Of a DNA stretch of 64,000 bases, positions 57,294 through 64,000 are shown one piece after another (within the stretch, counting starts at the first letter, position 1; each line of letters starts with the position of its first letter). The stretch is taken from IMG/VR virus record IMGVR_UViG_3300020048_003296, positions 1 to 64,000 of that record; one strand, given 5' to 3'. This DNA comes from an uncultured virus (IMG/VR IMGVR_UViG_3300020048_003296) (lineage: Duplodnaviria > Heunggongvirae > Uroviricota > Caudoviricetes). Below the pieces are notes generated by a model that saw only the letters and a list, made by a program, of their open reading frames with translations, was not told the origin of the DNA and made no database searches. The position numbers and the translations under genes are program-made.

Positions 57294-58321
57294 TTATTCG
57301 CTATTCAAATCTTCGGCATTAAATGCGCCGATTATCTTTTCTAAACTAGATGACGTTTTACGCTTTGGCCTTGAAGTGGTTGGCCCATAATTCTTTTTCC
57401 ACTCATCGTATGTCTGATATGGAATTACTCCTTGGTCCCGCGTGCGCCTTAATTGGGGTGCGTATCCATCAACTTCAAATCGCGTACGGCATCTGCAATT
57501 AATTGATTCTTCAGCCGGCAAATCACGATCTAATGGATATAATGCGGGCCATCCATTTATAACGAATTTACCTTTCACGCCTTTTTCGCCTTTTACTTGT
57601 CCATCTGCATCTCTATGACTATCGCGTGTGCGATTATCTAATGCGGCATCCCAAACCTCATTACCTTCTATTCCTTTATTTTTTGCTGTTAAATATAAAT
57701 CATATTGCGCCGTATTTATTGCACGTTGCCCTTCCGTGCGTACTATTCTCAATGCTTTATAGGCAATCATGTTCAATGCCTTTTGGATATCTCTCATCAT
57801 TTTAGAATAACTTTTACCTTGTGATAAACCATTTAATAATGCACTGCGAATTAATCTTGGTGCATCGGCTTTATATTTTTTTAATGCTTCTATAATTTCT
57901 ATATTCTTTGGATTAGTTATAGAAAATAATTCCATTACTGTATCGGGGTTTATATTACCATATGAAAGACGCACGCCATTTCCATTATCCATCGCCCATG
58001 CATATTCAAAAAAAGATTCATTATACATTTGTGGGCTTAATCGTCTGATGTCTTTTATGGTATCGGTAATGGCTGGATCGATAATGGCAAGCATTTGCTT
58101 TTCCATCGTTATATATTTATTATACTTTGTCATCTCGGCGCGTNNNNNNNNNNGCGTGTTAAGATTCCGTTGGTTGCGTATTTTTCATAAAGCTTGGACA
58201 TTTCGCCACGCATAGAAGTCAGGGCCTGAGCAAGTGTTTCTTGAACTTTATTCTCATTTTGTTTGAGGCGTTTTTGCAATTCATCATATACACGTTGCTC
58301 AAGCTCTGACAGTGTTTTCAT
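57294..58321 (-). CDS. Minor head morphogenesis protein (SPP1 gp7/MuF); frame broken at the N-gap
   Basis: RIVRTE, W.A.LD.RTR..H..DGQ, INCRC. Confidence 0.85.
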
Positions 58322-58323
58322 TA

Positions 58324-58590
58324 TTAAATCCCGCTACCTTTTCTACGCATATTTTCATTCCAATGCTCTTGGTCCTTTTTGCTTATTGGCTTTCCTGTAC
58401 GTGGGTCTTTCCTACGATTCTTTTTTAGTAATGAGTTTTTAAAATCTTGTTTTTCTTTAACTACTTTTTTCATACTTCCAATTGCATTAGCAACACGTGG
58501 TTTTACTTTTCCGCTTGTTTTGGGTTTATTTTTAAATATACCTGGATTTGATCCGCTATTCTTTTTCCTTCCTGATCCTGGTCCACCCAT
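58324..58590 (-). CDS. Small basic protein, MGGPGSGR family (copy 3)
   Basis: AAGGAG RBS; shared N-terminus. Confidence 0.8.
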   Translation of the reverse strand: MGGPGSGRKKNSGSNPGIFKNKPKTSGKVKPRVANAIGSMKKVVKEKQDFKNSLLKKNRRKDPRTGKPISKKDQEHWNENMRRKGSGI

Positions 58591-58591
58591 G

Positions 58592-58807
58592 TTATTCTCC
58601 TTTATCCTCTACCAATAATTTACTTAACGCGATATAACCGCGCGTTAGCCTTGATTCATATTCCGTAATCTCATTTGTCTTGTACACTATTTTATTTCTA
58701 ATTGCGTCTTGATCCAACATAAGATTTGCCAATTCTTTCTTTGCAACCCTTACCGCAATTTCGTCTTTCTTCAACTCAACCAATTTGTTTTCTGTTTTGT
58801 TATTCAT
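58592..58807 (-). CDS. Small coiled-coil protein
   Basis: Coupled between two MGGPGSGR genes. Confidence 0.6.
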   Translation of the reverse strand: MNNKTENKLVELKKDEIAVRVAKKELANLMLDQDAIRNKIVYKTNEITEYESRLTRGYIALSKLLVEDKGE

Positions 58808-59007
58808 TATTTATTATTGCCCATTGGTTTTCTGCCCAACTTTTTATTAGTTGCTCGGAATGATTCTTTTACTAAACCGCCAGCTTTATTTATACGCGCT
58901 TTTCTTTCAAGCATATCCGTTTTTTGCTTTTGCCGCAAAACTTTAGTATTACCCCTGCCTTTATTACCCGCCGAACCTTTTCTACGTCCCGATCCTGGTC
59001 CACCCAT
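58807..59007 (-). CDS. Small basic protein, MGGPGSGR family (copy 4)
   Basis: GGAGG RBS directly after the portal gene. Confidence 0.8.
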   Translation of the reverse strand: MGGPGSGRRKGSAGNKGRGNTKVLRQKQKTDMLERKARINKAGGLVKESFRATNKKLGRKPMGNNK

Positions 59008-59008
59008 G

Positions 59009-60526
59009 TTATGCCTCCCCTGTTATATTTTCTTCAGTTGTAATTTCTTCACCCAATCCCATATCAGTTCCCAGTGGATTCATTTCTAACAATTCCTCTG
59101 CCTCCTTTTGCTGCCTCATTAATTCTGCCTGCACATCCGGACACAATTCGCTTCCCAATGCGCTGGTTACTAAATATGAACTCATGCCTGCCGTCTTTAA
59201 TTGATTTGCCACCTGCGCGTTTTCTAATGTATCATCAGGCAGATTCCTTTTATGCACAATAGTAAAATCATCAGGCGTACCAATCGGCTTTCCTGTCCTT
59301 GCGTATACAATAGTTATTAATCTTATACGCTCGATTAATCCTACATCGAAATCCGCATCCGTACTGCTTATAAGATTCTCGAAATCAAATAGTAATCTTT
59401 TAATAGCCCGGCCACTTGCGCCTGCCATTTTATCTGAAGTGAAATCCGGTACATGGGACTGGACGTGAATCTGTTCCCGTAATGCGTCTTTCATAAATTG
59501 AATAAACCCAGTAGGTATATCTTTTGTCAAAAACTTTATATCAGCATCTGCGGGAACGTGCTCGAAAATCCTTGACCGTTTTAAGTTGGCAAGTGCATTT
59601 GAGAATACGCCAGGCGTTTTCATTTTAACGGGATCGGTCAATCCGAACTTCTTCATAATTAAATATGCAAATGCGAAACGGTCAAACTCATTCATGGAAT
59701 CGCTATACAAAACATCGAGCGCGTCTATTAAACCCAATACCGTTCTTATTACACCCATCATTTCATCGCCGAAATAATACGGAACGATTGGAACAGCACC
59801 ATAAAAGTTTACTGCCATCGGTTTTATTATATCAGGCGTTAATATCCATTGGCTCATATCGTTAGATGAGCGAGTCATGGTATAAAACTCTACACGATCT
59901 GCATAATAAACTTCTACCTTTTTTGTATCATCGGTAATGCGATAAAAACGTATGCCCATTTTGGGTTTAGGTTCAGGGCTATAATCATATAACAATATTA
60001 TTTCACGCGGGTCTGCAACAAAGAACTTGGGTTCTGCTTTTACACTCGTGGATTCCGTATCGATCATTCCATCTATATAAAGCACTTCATAGGACATTCC
60101 AAATATACATGAATTACGGAAACCACGTGAAGTTTTTATATGTTCATTATTTAGATTGTATGTTTTCTGCAATTCCTTTACATACGCTTCTTCTTTTGTT
60201 AATGATTCTTTTATTGTTTCTGCGGATGCGTCTGAATCGTTTTCAAGGCTTGCGTCTTGTTCCGTATTTGGGCGTAATGAAATATAACGAGGGCGGGCGC
60301 CATATCCCACGCATGTATTCACTATTTTACGACCATACGAAACAACTATTTTATTATCGGGATTATTCGCATCCACTTTCTTGCGCTTCAATATAGAAAC
60401 ATTATGGCCTGTATAATATGCCCACAAATTATCGAGCGTGGGAACTTCTACACGGATATATGTTTCAATATTATTTAATATATCCTCTTTGGTTAATACT
60501 TCTTTATCCGTCTTTTGTATATTCAT
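59009..60526 (-). CDS. Portal protein (SPP1 type)
   Basis: YYTGH, NKIVVSY...IVN..GY, VPDF, SG.AI patterns; follows terL. Confidence 0.88.
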   Translation of the reverse strand: MNIQKTDKEVLTKEDILNNIETYIRVEVPTLDNLWAYYTGHNVSILKRKKVDANNPDNKIVVSYGRKIVNTCVGYGARPRYISLRPNTEQDASLENDSDASAETIKESLTKEEAYVKELQKTYNLNNEHIKTSRGFRNSCIFGMSYEVLYIDGMIDTESTSVKAEPKFFVADPREIILLYDYSPEPKPKMGIRFYRITDDTKKVEVYYADRVEFYTMTRSSNDMSQWILTPDIIKPMAVNFYGAVPIVPYYFGDEMMGVIRTVLGLIDALDVLYSDSMNEFDRFAFAYLIMKKFGLTDPVKMKTPGVFSNALANLKRSRIFEHVPADADIKFLTKDIPTGFIQFMKDALREQIHVQSHVPDFTSDKMAGASGRAIKRLLFDFENLISSTDADFDVGLIERIRLITIVYARTGKPIGTPDDFTIVHKRNLPDDTLENAQVANQLKTAGMSSYLVTSALGSELCPDVQAELMRQQKEAEELLEMNPLGTDMGLGEEITTEENITGEA

Positions 60527-60537
60527 TTATTTGCTCC

Positions 60538-61794
60538 TTATAATCCTAAATCATCCGCGCTATATTCAAGTGGCTCATAGGTTATATTCCTATTATCCCA
60601 AATATATTCTGATCCGTATCTCAATGCTGCTATTCCATCATCATTTATTTCTACGAAATCCTCAGTCACGTTTCCGTGCTTATCTTCACGCCTTTTAAAT
60701 AATTGTATTTCTTTTGCGATATTAGAACATTTGGTTGCGTGTATATGTATTCTTAATCCGGTTAAATATTCAACACCAAAGCGAACTGATCCTGGGCCTT
60801 TCTTTGCGGCTTCAACTTTGTATCCTGCTTCTTGCCATTCTTTTATTTTATCGGGATTCGCGCTATCCGCCGTTATATACATAGAACGCAAAACATCCTC
60901 GCCGAAATGTTCTGCCGCATGTTCCATGAATCGTGAATTGATTTGCCCACGCTCGTGTAGTTCATCAAATACATATAATTCGCCGTCTTTAAATCCTGCG
61001 CGTTCTAATGCTTGCGCGTGTGTATGCCCAAAGTCTAATCCATTGAATACGCCTTCCAAATCGTCTTCAGTATAATCAAACTCCTCTATAATATAATTTG
61101 TGAATACGCCATTACTGAATATACCCCAATTACCAAGGACATATACATTTTTATAATATGGATCATCGATTGCTTCCATACGTGCGATAATTTTAGGCGA
61201 TAAAAATATATTATGTTTATATGTAGATTCATGTATTAATGTTCCTGGTATTACATTATTAAAGTATTTTAGTTTAATCCAATGTTGCGCTGATATAGGA
61301 TTGAACGTCATTCCACCTTGAAAGAAACAATAATCAGGACCACGTAAGCGTAATGATAATTGGTTAATATCATCCGGTGTCATTTGGTCGGCTTCTTCTG
61401 CCCAAAATGCAGTGGGATTAGTAAATGATTTTAATTTGTTTACATCGTCTAATCCCACGCCTAATAAATCGTTTCCGTTTATTTTACATATTAAATTAGA
61501 TTCAGTGTTATTATATGAAAATAATCCTTCTAAGTTCCAATCAAGTAAAACTTCTCTACATGCATCGTAGACAGAATGTTTTACATCTTTTTTTACTTTC
61601 CTGCATAACAAGCCACGATAATACTTTTCTGTTATTGCATGATAAACCATTTTCTGTGCATATGAATATGATTTAGAACTATTCGCGCCGCCCTTTAATA
61701 TTTGTAAGGGCGTGCGATCTTTAACAAGAGAACGGAAGTGAGGATTCATCTTTTGAGTTATTGCACCTTTAAGATTTACCTCAATTGCTTCCAT
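60538..61794 (-). CDS. terL: Terminase large subunit (PBSX family)
   Basis: GGANSSKS, EEA, TFNP, LDFG, ADSA, DD..ALRY. Confidence 0.92.
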   Translation of the reverse strand: MEAIEVNLKGAITQKMNPHFRSLVKDRTPLQILKGGANSSKSYSYAQKMVYHAITEKYYRGLLCRKVKKDVKHSVYDACREVLLDWNLEGLFSYNNTESNLICKINGNDLLGVGLDDVNKLKSFTNPTAFWAEEADQMTPDDINQLSLRLRGPDYCFFQGGMTFNPISAQHWIKLKYFNNVIPGTLIHESTYKHNIFLSPKIIARMEAIDDPYYKNVYVLGNWGIFSNGVFTNYIIEEFDYTEDDLEGVFNGLDFGHTHAQALERAGFKDGELYVFDELHERGQINSRFMEHAAEHFGEDVLRSMYITADSANPDKIKEWQEAGYKVEAAKKGPGSVRFGVEYLTGLRIHIHATKCSNIAKEIQLFKRREDKHGNVTEDFVEINDDGIAALRYGSEYIWDNRNITYEPLEYSADDLGL

Positions 61795-61800
61795 ATTATC

Positions 61801-61983
61801 CTATTTGGCCGAAAAAAATGATGGGACATTAACACCAGATTTTTTTGCGGCTTTTCTCTGTCGCTCATTATGTAGTTGTTGCCCTCGTTTGGCCCTTTCT
61901 TCCGCTGACATTTTTTTCTTGGACGCCGCTTTACTCTTTCCACCACCTGATCCCTTTTTTCTTCCGCTTCCTGGTCCACCCAT
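61801..61983 (-). CDS. Small basic protein, MGGPGSGR family (copy 5)
   Basis: AAGGAG RBS; lies between terS and terL. Confidence 0.8.
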   Translation of the reverse strand: MGGPGSGRKKGSGGGKSKAASKKKMSAEERAKRGQQLHNERQRKAAKKSGVNVPSFFSAK

Positions 61984-62236
61984 TGTTTACTCCTTTATAA
62001 AACTATTCTGTAGCAATTTGATTGTATTAGGCATAACGCCTTCAAATGCTAATGATAACCTGCGCTTGAACTTTAACCAATGCAATTTCTTTTTCTTACT
62101 ATAAAACTTATACCATTTTGGTTTCTTTCGTGGTGCAAATAAAAATGGCGGAACTATTAAATACCTAGAATCAAGTGGTGTGGTTTTTGCACATTCAAAT
62201 AGTTTATCCATTATATCAAATGCGTCTTTTAATGAA

Positions 62237-62743
62237 TCACTCATCTTTTTCCTCGATTTCATCCGGTATAACTTTATACCCAATATTTCCACTATGTTCT
62301 ATTTCCTGTTTATCGCGCCATCGATCTGGGTATCTATTTTTTAGATATAACATTGCCGCGCCTTCATTCGGTGGCAATTCCTTTTTTGTTTTGCGTATGA
62401 GTTCCATTCTGTATTTTGATTTTACTGGTTTACCATTCTTACCTTTTATCATTTTTGGTTCATATATTTTTTCTTCAATAGTCATTCCCATACCGCGATT
62501 AAATAAAGCATTTTCCAATCTTTCCATTGGTTCTTTTTTACCATCTGCATGCGCTTTAAATAATTCTGGGTAATCTTTTTTCCATTTGATGAATGTGGGT
62601 TCTGTGATTAATAAAATATCACATATTTCTTTGTCAATAAAACCTTTGGATGCAAGTTGTTTTACAATCGCGCAGTATTTAGGATCATACTTTGAAGGCG
62701 CGCCAAGAGGCTTTTTTATTGTTTTAGTTTTTTTCGTTGCCAT
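62237..62743 (-). CDS. terS: Terminase small subunit
   Basis: GAPSKY, HTH, WKKDYPEL, LKNRYPDRWRDKQEIEHSG. Confidence 0.85.
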   Translation of the reverse strand: MATKKTKTIKKPLGAPSKYDPKYCAIVKQLASKGFIDKEICDILLITEPTFIKWKKDYPELFKAHADGKKEPMERLENALFNRGMGMTIEEKIYEPKMIKGKNGKPVKSKYRMELIRKTKKELPPNEGAAMLYLKNRYPDRWRDKQEIEHSGNIGYKVIPDEIEEKDE

Positions 62744-62986
62744 AATGTGATTATAACATATTGTTAAGAAAATAAAAAGACGTTAAAATGCGTGCTGTTT
62801 TCACATAGAAATGTATTTATTTTGTTAAAAGCAATTTTCTATATTCTTCTTGCGTGCAATCAACTTCCATATATTCATTATCTTGTAATTTTATATATAA
62901 TGCATGCACTTCTAAATCATAATAAAAATGAACAATAAATCTATCATTAAAATATTGATTATCTATTATCATTATATTTTACCCCT

Positions 62987-63334
62987 TTATAAACATTCTG
63001 CCATTGTTATTTTATCTGCGGTATCGTCTACATAATCATTTGGACATTCAAATAAAAGATTGAATGATAATGATTCTGCGATATGATATTCAAGTAACGC
63101 ACCTTTTGATTTCGTCCAACCTTTCAGCATATAAATGGTATCGCACGTGAGTAAATGTATTATATCCTGTTTCATGTATTCTTTCCAAACAAGATGGGCG
63201 GGATCGGGAAGCGTGGTTGGATCTACTATTGCAATATCTGAACCATATAATTCTTTTAAATGGTCGTATGCCTTATTGAACTTTATTTTAAAATCAGGGG
63301 AATCTGATATTGGACCAGATATATATATTTTCAT
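62987..63334 (-). CDS. DUF4406 / nucleoside deoxyribosyltransferase-like protein
   Basis: IYISGPI, CDTIYMLKGW..SKGA..E. Confidence 0.85.
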   Translation of the reverse strand: MKIYISGPISDSPDFKIKFNKAYDHLKELYGSDIAIVDPTTLPDPAHLVWKEYMKQDIIHLLTCDTIYMLKGWTKSKGALLEYHIAESLSFNLLFECPNDYVDDTADKITMAECL

Positions 63335-64000
63335 TTCTTTTTTCCTTTCGGTAATCCACCTAATCCTATTGATTCATTTAATTGTGGTTCTTTTGGAATG
63401 ATTGGTTGCGGTTTATTAGAATTAATATATCCAATACAATTTTTACCGCAACCTTCATAAGAAAAATTGCAGTCTTGCTTATGAATATTGACGCACGTGG
63501 TTTCTGTTCTTGGTTTCATTTGCTTTTCTCCTTTATTTCTTTTGTCGTGTTTATTATTTCATCGAAAATGCGTTTCTTTTGCCATACCGATAAAACTGCA
63601 TTAATAATTCTTTCAATGCCTGATGCTATTACCGTTATCAATAAAACTGTTCCGAGCCATGTCCAAAATGATGATAAAACAAATCTTAATAAATCATTCA
63701 CCATGTCCATCCGGTTGCTGAAGTGGCATTGGTTTATTTAATTCTGCATATTGTTTTACTAATACTTTTTGTCTTGCAATTTCATTTGGTATTGTATCCC
63801 ATTGTTCCTGCGTGGTATGGATATTATTTGCTTGTAACAAAAACTTTATTCTTTTTACGTTCTCTTGAATATTAATATCGTGGGCATGTGTAAGCTTCCC
63901 ATTCTTGCATTGCTCGCATGTTTCGCCGGTATGATCTTCAAAATCATTGGCAACCACATTTACTCTGCAATTGGAACAATAAAATTGATTCTGCATTTTT

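Noticed and set aside
57294..58321. MuF gene seemingly split into two ORFs
   Set aside because: The break coincides with a 10-N gap; assembly artefact

Overview
This 64-kb window is most of a tailed dsDNA phage genome (siphovirus-like, AT-rich, four N-gaps; the host is unknown). It has three transcription arms. (i) Left arm, minus strand, 1-7.7 kb: a sugar ABC binding protein and permease, an SbcCD nuclease with SbcC split into several ORFs, and tRNA-like elements. (ii) Central arm, plus strand, 8-37.4 kb: ParB, early genes, a sigma-like factor, primase, SNF2 and DnaB helicases, a 7-deazaguanine DNA-modification cluster (queD, HNH-queE, folE, methylase, queC, dpdA-like), a clamp, RtcB, UDG-PolA, a clamp loader, SSB, RecA and NinG. 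(iii) Late arm, minus strand, 37.5-64 kb: terminase, portal, head, tail and lysis genes. The best candidate for a new system is at 11.08-11.7 kb. A sigma70-type promoter drives a structured leader, then two complete hammerhead ribozymes that bracket one 99-aa ORF. Double cleavage would release a 402-nt mRNA with 5'-OH and 2',3'-cyclic-phosphate ends, the substrate type of the RtcB ligase that this phage encodes, so a circular mRNA is possible (inference). Other unexplained structure: five dispersed small basic proteins starting MGGPGSGR, four 87-bp dispersed repeats whose 14-bp core is flipped in two copies, three tRNA-like non-tRNA elements, a GGYNN pentamer array, and a recurrent GTCTATAATAT promoter motif. 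All calls come from motif reading by eye; no database searches were run.
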